From Octopus vulgaris (lineage: Eukaryota): a DNA stretch of 64,000 nucleotides. Both the position numbers and the translations under genes were made by a program. Numbering within the stretch: position 1 is the stretch's first letter; each line of letters begins with the position of its first letter. The notes under the pieces were generated by a model. The model was not told the origin of the DNA, ran no database searches, and saw only the letters and a program-made list of their open reading frames with translations. Where the stretch lies: the NCBI GenBank assembly GCA_951406725.2, contig OX597842.1, forward strand, positions 14,322,001-14,386,000. The letters run 5' to 3'. Below, in pieces: positions 50,025 through 64,000 of the stretch.

Positions 50025-50284
50025 GCGTATATTACATCCATGTCCGTATTCGGAGAAGAGTTTGTGCCAGTTGATGACTTTTCGATCCCAGGCTGGCTCT
50101 TCCCTGGGGGACGCGCTTCCAGATTAACCATAGGACAAGCGATTTGGTATACTGATTTAGTTTTCCTTTTAGTTTCCAAAAACATTTTGGTGCTACGATA
50201 ATGTTATCATTTTTTTAGCTTTGATTGGCTCGTGGGGAGACGGCCATCATTGCCGTTACAATTATAATCGTACCATTATAGCAT

Positions 50285-50590
50285 GAACCGAAAATTATAT
50301 GAGAATGATCCCTGGCTTACCATCCCTGCAAGAAGTGCAAAAGATTGTCTTAACTGGTACATCACACGTATTGAGAAGAGCATTGTCGATGTGAGAACTG
50401 TTGCTGCTCATGCATTTTAATTTAACTTTAAAAAAAAAATTTAAAAAAATGAACGAACTACTGAGTTTGGTTTAATGGCCTACCAATATACACTATGAGT
50501 TTCTTTGCCCTAGGAGTCGGGAAGACACTCGGCAAGAAATGGAGGAAAATTTGAAAGAAGAAAAAAAAAGTAATAATAATAATAATAATA
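50285..50590 (+). mobile_element. R4/Dong-like extreme 3' end with (AAT)n tail
   Basis: MIPGLPSLQEVQKIVLTGTSHVLRRALSM*. Confidence 0.7.
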
Positions 50591-50591
50591 A

Positions 50592-51935
50592 TTTACCCGC
50601 TCTCCTATGCTTCTTGCCGTTTCCCCTACGTATGTCGTTGTCTTGTTATTGCATCGTTCCTCTATACATCTTATACTATCGACTGCATTTCTGGCTTTAC
50701 AGTTTGTTTGTGGGCTAAATCTACATACAGTACAGTACTTATCCGTACAGGGGTTCTACTAAAAGGATAGGTTCTACCAATTATAGATTTGATAGGTTTG
50801 CCTGGCTTTTCAACAACATTAATCCTTAGCTTAAGTTTGTCTAGGATCCTTCTAAAGCGGTACGCCAGTTCACCTCCAGGGGTGGTGTCAACGAACATGA
50901 CATTCTGGTATTTATGGCTATCATAACAAGAGTTGGCTTTCCAATTTCTTTTTTGTCCTTTCTATAGTGTTCCATGAATTGTTCCTATAGAGTGAGCAAA
51001 TCCCATTCCTATCATTACATAATATATTATCAAATTTCTTCATGGCACCTTTGTATACTCTGCTCCTTTCTTTATGGCTGTAACCTGAGAACTGCATGCG
51101 GTGAATGGAATATTGTATGTGTCTCTTTAACTCTGTAGGCTCGCACATGCGTGACACATTTCTCATTATTCTGACGAGGTCTGCCATTAAAATATTGTAT
51201 TTGGTATTGTTCGCAATGGGCGAGTTCCGGTGGATCAAGTATTTGAGGCCATAGATTTGGCATAGTACGAATGAAGGGTTTGGGTTTTATTATTCACAAT
51301 TTTTAGCCAGAGTTCAGTGTCTAGTACTGGTAGTCTATGGTTGGGGTGTTTTGTGGGTTAGTCTATTGTGACCTTAATACTCTGGTGGATGGAGTTAGCT
51401 ATTTGCTGGATGCTCTCCATAGTATTAGTTTCTATTACTATATCAACCAGTACTCTCTTGTGGGGGTGCCTTTACCACTATGTTGATATCATCAACATAG
51501 CGAGAGTACATGTTTACGAGTATGGGGTTCTGTGTTAGGCGTTCTTTAAGCCTTCTGTCCCACCATACCATGAAAAGGTTGGCCACATCACCAGCAATAC
51601 TAACGCCGATGGCTGCCCCCTCGTCCTGGGCATATATTTTATTGTTAAACTTAAACGTGTGGCCTTTTAGGGTAACTCTTATACTAGCTCCTAGTGCATG
51701 TGCGATCATTTTCTTTACCTGATGGACATTTGCGGTGCTCCGTATAGCTCTGGTCCATCCGCGCCATCTTTCTATATGTCTTCCTAGCCATAGATGTAAT
51801 TGTGGGTGGTCTATTTCTTAAACATATACTGGGGCAGAAACTACTAAGATTATGTTTATCTAGGTATTCATTGTTACATGTCAGTCTAAGTAGGAGGCCC
51901 AGTTCCTCAGTGTTGACATTACGGAACTCCACCGC
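50592..51935 (-). mobile_element. Decayed Penelope-like element (RT + GIY-YIG)
   Basis: FKFNNKIYAQDEGAAIGVSIAGDVANLFM...YSRYVDD, RMQFSGYS, VVEKPGKPIK, YVGETARS. Confidence 0.88.
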
Positions 51936-53254
51936 CATATATACATAAACTAATATAAAATGTTCCCACGGCCCCCACACATTGGTGGTAGTGACCACTC
52001 TGAGAAGCGCTGCTCTATATTCCTGCAGACACTATCGCATCTATTGACTGCCATCCTGTCATTCTAACTTCCAATATTTCAATTATGAAGTAAAACGTCA
52101 TTTAAAAAATCACCTTTGTCCCTTTAGGTGTCTTTCTAGATTCAATGAACACCAGTACTGTTTTATAAAGCGGGGTTTGATTCCTATGTGACATATCATG
52201 TGTGTTCGTATGTGTAAAAAATTCTATAAAAACTGGTGTTGCCCTTGACACCAATAAAACCTTCAACTCTGTATGGCAAGAGGACTTCTTTAAAAAGTCA
52301 CCATCCATTTATCGGCTCCATCTGTCTCTCATCTCTTGGACTGAATACCTCCCACCAGAACACCCCATTGCAGTGTGTGATGGATTTCTTTCTCACTCAC
52401 ATTCCATCAATTCTGCCATGCCTCAATGTTTGGTTAAATAGTTATAAAAATGTCGATGATGAGGATTAGAGAAAAGAGGTGAAGAAAGAAATGAAATATC
52501 ATGGACAAATATATGTCACTACTTTTCATATTGTGTATAAAACATTTCATATTGTGTATAAAATAATAAACAGTCAAATTTGAGAAGGCAATAAACAGAA
52601 CAACTTACTATTGTTGGATCCTTTCTTATTAATTTTTTAACCCCTTCAATGTCATCCTCCCAAATTTTCTGTCTGATATTCGCTGTCTTTTGAATAAAAT
52701 CAGTCAAAAAAATAAAGCAAAACAGTTTTAAAAAAGCTTATAAAATGAGTTAAACAACAATAAGCAGAAGTTGATGGTTCTAAAATCTTGCATAAGATAA
52801 CATTGATATTGTAAACTTCAGTTTATCTAAAGTATTATTCATAGCTGAATGTTCTTCTTGACAGTAATAGACCTAACAACAATCATTGTCTTGTCTCTAG
52901 GTTAGCTATATCCTCTGCTTACAACTTGAGCTTTAAATATGTGGATCATACCCCAGCTAAGGTGGGGGACACTTTATATAAAAAAAAACAAATTAATTCT
53001 CTAAAGAAAGGTAAATTTAGGAAAACTAGCAAAAGAATCAATGAAACAGAGTTTGTTCAATAAAACCTCCTGTATTGATCTTTGATTTGATCTCATCTAC
53101 TTTGCTAATATTTCGACAGACACTCTCTGCTTTCTCTTCTCCAATTCCTTTTCCTCTTTTTTTCCTCTCCTTTCCTTTCCAACAAGTGATTACTTTATAA
53201 ATGTTTGCAAATATCTTTATGACTATTTCATAATTATTAAATAAATTTCCATTA

Positions 53255-53297
<43 letters not shown>

Positions 53298-54704
53298 TAA
53301 CATCATCATCATCATCATCACCACATACCGTCAACCTTCCATGCCTTCATGAGGAAGATGGACGACAGGAGCCGTCCAGGTAGAAAAAACCACCCTGGGC
53401 TACTGTCTATTTCATCAGGTATTTTACTGCTGGATGCCCTTCCAAACGCCAACCACCAGTTTTGTCCCACTGTATGATACCTTAGGCAAGTACCTTCTTC
53501 CAAATCCCATGGTTGACCAAGGCTTCTGAGTGGATTAAATAGACATAATCTGAGAGAAGCCCATCGTACACTGCTGGACAAAATCTGAGGACCAGTGAAA
53601 AAACTGCCAAAATGAAGTGTTTGTGTGTGTGTGAGTGTACGTAAGCATATATATATATGCACACACCAGCTTGAGTGTGTGTGTGTATGTTTCCATTTGC
53701 TGTTACTGAAAATTGCTCAGCTATGAAAGATTAGATTATCATTTTCCCTCTTAATAGACAAACCATTGGAATAAGTGATCCCTTGAACAACTGGTAAGGG
53801 TTAATAACATGAAGAGGATCCAGATCCAAAAAGAATGAATCAATAATATACTCATACAACCCATGCTAGTATGGAGGAAAGGTGTAAAACGATTGCTTTC
53901 TATGCATATACGTACATATATAAGTCTATGTATGTGTATACTCGTGTGCATGCGTGAGTAGCTGTATGGCATAGTGATTCGGGTGTTACCCTCACAAGAG
54001 CTAGATCGTGGGTTTGATTTTTGCAATGCCCTTCCTTTACCAAGAGAAGAAACGACAGAAGCTGGAGTCCCAAGCCATTAGAAAAGCCAGCTTAACAGAA
54101 TATACGTTAACAGAACAACTTCACCGTAACGCAGATAGAAATGCCCGCTCCAGAGAACAGGAAACATTAAAAGTAACGACAAGTCAGATTGGAATTTAGA
54201 ATTTTATCCTTTGAAGAGCGACTAGTAACCTTTAACTAAGATCTTAATACATAAGCATTACGATAGATGCTTTATGAATCCATTTGTGTAGAGTACACAC
54301 TGGGTCAAAGGTCGGGTGAGCGCTTGTATATATTATAAATACACAAATTTGGTGATTTGTTTAGTCTACTTCTTTTCCTCAAGAGCTTCATGCATTAGTG
54401 AACAGTCAACAGCGTTGGAGACCATGGAGATTAAATTTCTGAATATTTGAAAAGAGTTTCCTGTATCATTGTAAATTTTGGTGGATATCAAAATGCCGAC
54501 ATCATGACTGACGCTCAATGCTCTGTGAATACTGTAAAGGCTGTGAGATGTGACACACGCATGAGACTGTGAATCTGTAGCTACTGGGAAGGGACATAGT
54601 AGGAGTTCTGATTGTGTCTGCACCACACCACAATTCATTTCCACATCGTTGAACATCGTCAATTCACTCAGCTTTCTGAAACTGCAATAAACTGTAGGCT
54701 GGAA

Positions 54705-55060
54705 AGGATTGCCATTGGAAGGTCATATGTGTGGCAGCAAGATTCATCTCTTCGTCATACCGCTGGAAGGAGCCAGACGTGATTGTTGGAGATTTTCTAC
54801 GGCTTCCCCAGCCCGAATTTCTGGTCTTCTAATTCCCCTGATTGTAATACCCTGGATTACTATGTGATGGGCGCAATTGAGAAAGATACCAACCACTCTT
54901 CCAGCAGCACTAAGTCCAAGCTGATGACCTAGATCAAAGAGGGGTTCGAAAATCTCCCCAAGGACATAGTGAGGTATGCATATGCCAGGCTTTGAAGACG
55001 TGTTGAGGCTGTGGCGGAAGTCAAGGGCAGATAATTTCAGTATATCTCTCAGCCAAAACC
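54705..55060 (+). mobile_element. Tc1/mariner (maT-like) transposase 3' fragment, same group as 5210-5970
   Basis: GRSYVWQQDS...FWSSNSPDCNTLDYYV. Confidence 0.75.
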
Positions 55061-55154
55061 TAGTTTTGACAGGTTTTGAATTTTTAAAATGCTCGATTTT
55101 GGATGTGATAAGGAGTTTTATTTTGTGAAAACTGTCAAATGTATTCTTGTGTTC

Positions 55155-55395
55155 TTTTTACTTGCTTCAGTCATTTGACTGCGACCATGCAGGAGCACCA
55201 CTATTAGGCGAGCATATCGATCCCACGATATATTCTTTGTAAACCTATTTCTTATTCTCAGTCTCTTTCCCGAACCGCTAAATTAGAGGGATGTAAACAC
55301 ACCATCATCGGGTGTCAAGCGATGTTGGCGGGGAGATAAACACAGATACACAAACACTAACGCACACATACACACATATACTACACACACACACT

Positions 55396-55456
<61 letters not shown>

Positions 55457-55608
55457 CGGGCTTCTTTCAGTTTTCGTCTACCAAATCCAGTCACAAGCCT
55501 TTGATTGGCCCGAGGCTATAGTAGAAAACACTTGCCGAAGGTGCCACGTAGTGGGACTCAACCCAGATCCATTTGGTTGCTAAGCAAGCTTCTTATCACA
55601 CCTACGCA
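55155..55608 (-). mobile_element. Family A SINE (diverged)
   Basis: Consensus match. Confidence 0.85.
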
Positions 55609-55644
<36 letters not shown>

Positions 55645-56019
55645 GTCTCTCTCTCTCTCTCTGTGCGTGTGCGTATCCAAACTGGGTTTTTATTCATGTT
55701 TGTTACAGCTCTGGTTGCGATCTCTCAACTGTATAGAAGCCGTCAGTTTATCGAAATTTCCTTGGCAATTTGATTTGGGAAAAAGTGTACAAATCTCGAT
55801 GCCAACACATTGTTACTGTTTCTTATTGTACACTGTCCTCTTATGTTCTACAAAAACCTGCCACACACTGCTTAACGCTTACAGACCTGGATCTTATTCC
55901 TTTATAGAGAGAGAGATATTGACACAAACACACGCACATATACATACACATATTAGACACAGGAGTAACTGTGGCAAGAAGCAGTTATCTTCTGTTATAG
56001 CCGTGAGCTGACCAAAGCC

Positions 56020-57095
56020 TTCTATGGTGAGTGCATCTCCGACCGGGTCGATCAATTTGCTCAATAGAGTAGTATTGTTCGTATACGCCAGGTTTGTAAA
56101 ATGGCTAAGTCTCGAAGGCACCACCAGATACTTTCTTACAGACCTTGGCCATCAGACAATCGATGACACAGTTGATATGACCAGGGGTGGCCTTGCAATC
56201 TTTTTGATCCCTTGTTAATGGAAAACCAGTCAGAATCCTCGCCGTTCACCCGCACGCAGCACTCGGTACTGCTATACACCTGTTGGAACAGGGTGGTGAT
56301 CTTGGGAGGCGCGCCGACAAGCTTGAGAACTTTCGATTACTGGTTGGGACACTCATATTTAAGTTGCAAGTGAATCTCGTCACAGAGAACTATCCCCGCC
56401 ATGATTGCTCCTGTCTCCATGATCCTAACATCGCGCCTCAATATTCGCGGGTTCTTTGATCAATCGCTTCATTACCCTGGCTGACAATGAGACTGTCAAC
56501 TGAGAGATCTTCAAATCAAATGTCAACCAGTCTGCACATTATTTCCTGGTAAACACAATACTTCTTCCGAAGGATCTTGAAGATAATCAATTACCACCGG
56601 GAGGCTCGAATGCGTGGCGACATGAATGAGTACAGGAGAATCGACCCGAAATGCAGCAATGCCCATCTCAGATAAAAGAGGGAAATTCTGGGCAGAAGAA
56701 GCCGAACGTGTGTAGGCAGCATCAAAGAACGACGACATACACCAGGTGTTGAACATGCTCCAAAGAGCCTGTGCTTGTCTCCAGTTCAAAACAGCACAGG
56801 TGAAGGATACCAATGACAACGCCGTCGTCAAGGAAACAACCTGCTTCAAACGCTGGAAGGAGAACTTTAGCCTTCTTCTTCATCACCCAACTGTTCCTAT
56901 CCATCGCAGCCTAACCGTCGCTATAGACTCATCCGCAACCACATTACTTACAGGTTGTGTCCTATCACCCGGACGTGGTCAGGGCCACCCTGAAGAAGCT
57001 CAACAACAGCAAAGCCCCTGGAATCTACACTATCACTGCAGAGATTTTGAAGGCGGGCGGATAAATCATGATTCAGTGACCAGCCCACATCATAC
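56020..57095. mobile_element. RTE-like LINE fragments in opposite orientations
   Basis: Plus strand: RWKENFSLLLH and LKKLNNSKAPGIYTITAEILKAGG. Minus strand: CCVRVNGEDSDWFSINKG. Confidence 0.65.
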
Positions 57096-57177
57096 ACCAG
57101 CACCTATTGTCTTTGAACGTTTTTCTATCTATCTATATATTTGTATGTCTGCCTGAATTTCTAACTGTCTTTCTATA

Positions 57178-57248
<71 letters not shown>

Positions 57249-58391
57249 ACATTTCAGTGTTTGTGTGTATCGCAACATCCACTTCGTAGCCGGTGGTGGT
57301 CCATTTTCCTGGACATAACTTAGCGGCTTTGCATTGATAGAATAAGTATCAGGCTAAACGAATAAGTCCTGGGGTCTATTCACCATTCGACTAAAATCTT
57401 TCCTCCTTGCGACAATGTAAACTTTCATTTAATCACGATATCTTTGGCCTTGAAAAGCAGCCTCTAGTATACAACAATCTCGGTTATTTGCCATTTCCAA
57501 AGTTCCGCTTGCTATGAAACATATGTAACCCGGATCCTATCGACTCCATTCCTCAACTCTCGTATTCTAATTCGCACACCGGGCAACCCTAATCGCCTAC
57601 CGAGAAATAGGAAAATAATTTTTTTTCAACGTATCGAACTTCGATACGTAAAAACACAGAAACCTCCGCTTCAGTAACGCACTCTTGTCTTTGAACGTTT
57701 TTCCTACACCTCGATCAATGGATTTTATATATTACCTTACATACACACACACACACATATATATATCTGTGTTAGACGTTGAGAAACCAACTAAGTGATA
57801 GTATCAGTCCAATACACTGCTTGTAGTGTACGCAATCATTCTTACCCAAGTGCTAGTTCCAAGTGTGTGTGTGTAGATATATAAACATATATAGGTATAT
57901 GTATGAGCTTGTATATATATATATTTTGTATATATGAGGGGCTATGCAAGAAGCCCTGGGCTTCTGGGTGTTTACACACATATGTATCCAAAGGTCTGGA
58001 AATGGATATATACGTGTGTGCGCATGTGTGGTGATAAGGGTGTGTGTATGAGCGAGTTTGGACATGCATGTATATAATTATGTACGCACATGTATATGGG
58101 TATGAATGTATATCTGTTTAGTGGTAGTATAGGTGCATATGTGGTTCTGTAGTTATATGTATGTATGCTTGCATGGACAGTTATAGATAGGTATAGATAG
58201 GAATACCCCATCGCTTTTTGTCTACCAAGTGTATGTTACTCCATACTCCTATTAGGAATATTCTACATAAACCTAGCTTATGCGCTGGGTCTAAGCACCC
58301 GTCTCTTATGAAACTTTAGAAAACACACGTGTGACTAGTTTCTTATAGATACTAGCACTTAGTAATTGGAATGCACCCAAGCAACGAACAA

Positions 58392-58478
<87 letters not shown>

Positions 58479-61005
58479 TTATTCTTTTTATTGGCCACAA
58501 GGGCTGACACACATGATTAGAAAACATAAAGGGACAAAACAGGACGAAAGGTTACAAAGGGTTTTGTCCGTTTGTTAAAATATCGTGTAAAAACAGTTTA
58601 ACAACGAAAGATTCTAACAATTAAAAACTCTCAATAGGGGAGGTACTTCGAAAGGTTCCTGGTGGAAAAAACCCATAAAAGCCAACGGGAGCCTGGTCAA
58701 AAGGGAGGTAGAGAGCCCCTTTCTCCTTTTATAATACCTTTTTGAATCACAGGCGAAACCTGAGAACTGGTACATTTATACTGGCCATTCTCGCACAATT
58801 CACCCACCTTTCAGAAAATTTGCTATCGGACAGCAGTCTCCTCTCTAACCTCATCTTCCTTTTCAAGTGAAACTTGAAAAAGTTGATGAGGCCTTGACCA
58901 AAGAGGAAAGTCTCTGACTTTAGCCCTTTCAAACGGGTCCACCATACAACCTCTTTCGCCACAGCCACTAGGCACAAGAAAACGGCCTCGCCCTCCTTGT
59001 TAAAGGAGGTCGGCGGGGCAATCTTCACTATGGATTCGGCTGATAGCCGGATCCGTCCTACACGTGACAGTAGCTGTTCGACATAAACCCATAGTTCAGC
59101 AATACTCGGGCAATGGACGAGTGCGTGCAGAAAGGTTTCGTCGTCCTGGCAACACCTCGGGCAGGCTCGGTTGACGGCACTTCCGTGCCGGTAGAAATTA
59201 TCACGAACAGGCAGAGCCCCTCGGTAGCACTGCCAGGCGAGCGACCTCTGGAAATTATCCATCGGCCCCGGCCCGAAAGTCCTTCCGAACAGACCGCTCA
59301 GTTCGTTATCGTCAACGCCTAGAGTTTCCCCGAGAACGTCGTCGCATTTTTCCTCCACTAACCCTCTATAGAACGCTAGAGTGGAGCTGAAACCGATCGC
59401 ATTGCCCGCCTGGCGGAGGGCGGAGAGAGCTTGACGGCACTCGAGGTGCCAAGCGCCCGTTCTTAGTCTACGTTTGATCCAGGTCAGCAGCTCTGTCAAA
59501 GAGACGAGCTGCGGAAAGTCGCGTCTGACAAAAGACGACCACACCTGTTCACCGTCTAGGAAACGCTTGAGATGTCGCAGCCTGAGCGCATGTCTGCGCA
59601 TCAGCAACCACGGCGTTCCAAGGCCTCCGTTCAGCGGTCATTGACAGCAGATGGATCGCCTGACCAGTGGCACCTGACCCTTCCACAAAAAGTCGAAGAG
59701 CAGGCGTACCAGCTTGGCCAACCAGCGGTCGGGACAAGGGACGACGGTCAAGCGGTAATAGATGACGGATGCGATGTACGCATTCGCCACCTCCGCCCGA
59801 CCTTTCAGGGACAGCTTCCTCTCGGCCCATTTCTGGGTGAGACATGCCACCCTGCTCGCCACCACTTCCCAGCTTTTATCCACCTGGAGGTCCGGACCGA
59901 ACCAGACCCCGAGCAGTTTAATGGGTCCGTCTGTCCAGCGCCCTACGACGCTGTTGGACGGCATGGGCTTGCCTCTCCAGGTGCCCAGTTGCAAGCCCAC
60001 AGACTTTTCCGCGTTAATCTTTGCCCCTGTCACCGCTTCGTACTCGTTTAGTGTCTCGCCAATCAGGCCAATGTGCCTGTGGCTCGACACCATCACGGTG
60101 ACGTCGTTGGCATAGGCAGACACGCTATTTCCGCCTCCTAGACCGCGCGGGATACCCCTCAAAGCCTCCAACTACATATTGGCTCGAGAGTCAATATGTA
60201 CAAGAGGGAGGAGAGAGGGCATCCTTGGCGGACCGAACGCGAGATTTCGAACGGTTCCGAAAGGTGACCGTTCACCCGTATCACCGAGCAGATGTTGCTG
60301 TATAGAGCAGCGATCCACCTGCGGAAGACTGGACCGAAGCCGGCTGCCTTGAGAACAGCTGCCAGGTACCGATGGTCGACCCTATCGAAGGCTTTACTCT
60401 GATCTAAGTTGATCAAAGCCCCACCCGCGCCAGCGTCGTTACCCACCCTCTCTACGATGTAGCGCATGAGATGGAGGTTGTCGTGTATCGACCTGGTCGG
60501 CACGGCGCATGTCTGCGTCTTGCCGACCAGCTTGTCCACGACAAGCGCCAATCTCTTGGCTAGCACCTTGGCCAAAGTCTTCAACTCTGCATTGAGCAGA
60601 GTGATGAGCCGAAAATCCCTATAACGTCCCTCTTGTTTGGGTCCTTTCTCAGCAAAGCCACCACCCCTCGACTGACAAAAGCAGGAATTCTCCCGTTTTG
60701 CTGCCAGTTGCAGTAGACGTTTGCCAACAGGCCAGCAAACAAGTCTGGCATTGAAGTGTAAAGCTCGTAGGGCAGACCATCCAAACCCGGCGATCTACCT
60801 CTCGTGCAACTCTTCATCGCTTCCTCCACTTCCCAGGCAGATATCGGTCCTTCGCAGCACTCTGCACGCTGTCCGAGAGTTGCGGTAGGCCGTCTAGGTA
60901 CACACCGAAGTCTGCACCATTGTGCGTTCCACCGCCCGTCCCAAACAGTTGAGCAAAGTGCCGCTGAAACACCGTACACATCTGCTTCGGTTAGGTAACC
61001 TCGCG
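58392..61005 (-). mobile_element. 5'-truncated, frameshifted Tx1/L1-group LINE with (ATT)n tail
   Basis: SPGLDGLPYELY, LDQSKAFDRVDH, VRQGCPLS, AYAND (YADD mutated), C-terminal CPRC...ETFLHALVHC. Confidence 0.92.
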
Positions 61006-61009
61006 CCAT

Positions 61010-61445
61010 TTATAAAGTGAGCCCATTTATAAATGCATCTCGAATCATTTCAGACCGGTACTGCTCAACACTCACTGCAACAAAGTCACAGTCTTTCGCT
61101 AATATTTTGAGTTCCTTTAAGAACTGGTCTAGAGATTCCCCTAGTTTCTGTTTCCTTGTGGCTAAAAGATGGCGTGCCATTACGATGTTCTTTGGTTTAA
61201 TGTACACACTCTTTAGTGTATTCACAGCTTGTTCGTAGTTCTTAGCTTCACTGATGAATTCGTATACGTTCGGTTCCACATAATTAATCAAAAGATTGAG
61301 TTTATCGATAACCCTACCTTCCTGCCCTGGTAGTGAGTCTATAAAGTTGGTGAAGGTTCTAAATCAGTGATTAAAAACTTTATCAGCATTTGTAGAATTT
61401 GAGTCTATATTCAGTCTGTCAGGTTTCAAGTATCTTTCCATATCG
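61010..61445 (-). mobile_element. Gypsy-type gag fragment abutting the LINE 5' truncation point
   Basis: MERYLKPDRL...ARHLLATRKQKLGESLDQFLKELKILAKDC...IRDAFINGL with an internal stop. Confidence 0.8.
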
Positions 61446-62356
61446 TTCACGGCTTTTTTCCATAGACTGCTCTGCGACGTTTCCTAGTTGTGTATTTTCA
61501 AACATTAGTTTCTTTAATTGTATTGTATAAACAGTAAAGCCTGGTTCAAAGAAACTATACCTTATATTATATCCTGGAAATATTAATGACATATTTTAAT
61601 TGTAAACTAGAATTTATAAACTTTAAAGTCTAAACAATGAGATGGTTTAACGGTTTCTCGTCTATAAAATACTCTCTGAAAATAAAACGAATTTCCATAT
61701 AAAAGTATGTTTGCGTTGGATATTGTTATAATGAAACTTTGACAATATTAAAGAGTAAGAAAATATTGTGTTAATTAAAACCAATAGAAGAATAATATCT
61801 ACCTGAATAATTAACTATTTTCAGTTGGAATCTGAAGAGTTTTTTTTCTGTCAGGAATATCTTCCACGTTTTGTGAGTTCAAAGAACAGCAAATGAATAA
61901 AGAAATGCGTTGAATTTTGTCTATTTACAGTGAGGATATGAAACTTGGTGACGTTAACTTTTGAGATAAGAGTTTGTGTGTGCGTGTGTCTATTTCGAGA
62001 TAAGAATATGTATGTGCATATGTGAGTCTACGAATGTATGTATATGTGTCTATGCATGTGCGCGTGTGTGTGTGTGTAATGTAAACCCTACACATAATCC
62101 GTTCTGTTATCTAATCACTTCGACAAATGCTAAATCCTGACAACAGTTATAGCAGTAAACGTTCTGTGTGTATGTCTGTGTATTATATCTATATGTGTGC
62201 ACGCATATATTTATGTATATGTGTGTTTGTAGCCGTGCCATGTTCTCACTGCAGGTAAATAAAGGAAAATAATTGGATACGCACATACACACACATATTT
62301 ATATGTAAATATGCAGATACCATATATGTAATGTATAACATACATACATCTGTATG

Positions 62357-62451
<95 letters not shown>

Positions 62452-62514
62452 GTGTGTATATATAAATATATATGTATGCATGTATATATGTATGTATGTA
62501 TATATACATATATA

Positions 62515-62678
62515 CAGGCGCAGGAGTGGCTGTGTGGTAAGTAGCTTACTTACGAACCACATGCTTCCTGGTTCAGTCCCACTGCTTGACACCTTGGGCA
62601 AGTGTCTTCTACTACAACCTCTGCCTGACCAAAAACTTGTGAGTGGATTTGGTAGATGGAAACTAAAAGAAACTCGCC

Positions 62679-62734
<56 letters not shown>

Positions 62735-62898
62735 GTGTGTGTGTGTGCATGTGTGTGTGTGTATGTTTGTGTATCTATGTTTGTCCTCCCAACATCGTGT
62801 GGCAACCGATTTTCGTGTGTCCTCGTAAATTAGCGGTTTGGCAAAGGACACCCATAGAATAAAGCATGGCCGCAGTCAAATGACTGAAACAAATAAAA
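62515..62898 (+). mobile_element. Family A SINE
   Basis: Consensus match with an internal deletion. Confidence 0.85.
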
Positions 62899-62959
62899 GC
62901 CGTCAGTATAGCATATATATATATATGCGATTGGTAGATAGAAACTGAATGAAACCCTT

Positions 62960-63020
<61 letters not shown>

Positions 63021-63070
63021 TACACAAAGGGTTTCATTCAGTTTCTATCTACCAATCGGCACTGACGGCT
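62898..63070. repeat. Palindrome centred on (TA)n
   Basis: cgattggtagatagaaactgaatgaaaccctttgtgt mirrored exactly; outer agccgtcagt/actgacggct. Confidence 0.85.
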
Positions 63071-64000
63071 GTAGTTGGCCACAACTATAAATGAAGAGAA
63101 TTGCTAGATGTGGGGTTGAAACAGGAATCATTTGGTTGTGAAACAAACTTCTTACCACACCGGCACATTTGGAAGCACATAATCGTTGATCGAGCAGACA
63201 TGATCACAAACATTCCATCCACGACCATCTTGATGATTTGCATGAATTTAGAATTACATTATGTAATTTGTAATACGATATATGTCTAAGGTGAGATTCG
63301 GGCTAAAATGTGGCTGCTATTTCTTGTAGATCAATTGAACCCCAGAAATCCAATCGTTACATGCTTCTCTATATGTTTGTGTGTGCGCGTGTATGCCCAT
63401 GTGTGTGTGTGTGTTTATGCGCGCGTGCGTCTTGTGTGTGTGTCCTGTTCTGCTTGTAAGAAAAGCTTTTTGTCAGCGTTGTAAATTTAATCTCGCAAAA
63501 GCGACGAAGTGTTTTATCTGGAAATTAGGTCAAGTGTTTATGACATTCCTATTGAGTTGCATGGTTGCCATGGTATGTACAAGCGGGGGAGGCCATTGCC
63601 GCTCCTAAGAGAAGTCGTTATGTAAATAATGTCAATAGAAAAGCGATACGATAATTCAATATTTGAAGTGGTGTGCAAAGTTGTTTGGATGTCAGTGGCT
63701 TATTTGGTGAACGTGAGTTCATTTCCCGGTAAAGCATTGTGTCCTTGAGTAAGACTCTTTATTTATGCGTTGAAGACAAAATAAGTTTTCACGTGTTTGA
63801 AGCGCGGAACTTCAGGAGCAATTAACATGCGTTCGTGTGTGTGTGTGTGTGTGTATCACGTTCTCTCTATCTTGGTAGTCATGGTGCAATACTAATAAAA
63901 GACCGCTTAAAAAATATATCAATTTATTTGAAAGCTAGCAAAAGCAAAATGCTGTAAATAAAATGTTGGTAGAAGAGGAGTGTGAGAAAATAAATACAGA

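Noticed and set aside
54366-54662. 98-aa non-repetitive ORF
   Set aside because: No recognisable domain or convincing splice pair; cannot be supported without a search.
58747-61009. Active LINE or host RT gene
   Set aside because: Split over several frames, YADD mutated to YAND, and 5' truncated.

Overview
AT-rich, microsatellite- and transposon-dense eukaryotic (animal) DNA. The SINE families resemble octopus/coleoid cephalopod SINEs; this is an inference from memory, not a database result. Almost all ORFs in the supplied track are microsatellite or TE artefacts. The one clear host gene is on the minus strand (ATG at 22839; no intact terminal exon found, so it is 3'-incomplete here). It encodes signal peptide + LRRNT followed by eleven intact 72-nt phase 2-2 exons, each encoding one 24-aa leucine-rich repeat, plus one dead LRR exon. 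The exons arose by tandem cassette duplication, any splice combination keeps both frame and the junction Leu, paralogous exons differ almost only at non-synonymous sites, and most carry a conserved motif just inside the downstream intron. This looks like a rapidly diversifying modular LRR recognition protein. The rest is decayed TEs (three tRNA-SINE families; R4/Dong, Tx1, RTE and Penelope-like retroelements; Gypsy, Tc1/mariner, a hAT MITE, a Helitron) and several hammerhead-ribozyme motifs, including a retrozyme-like 450-bp partial tandem at 49.1-49.7 kb. Exon and ribozyme coordinates were counted by hand; TE boundaries are approximate.
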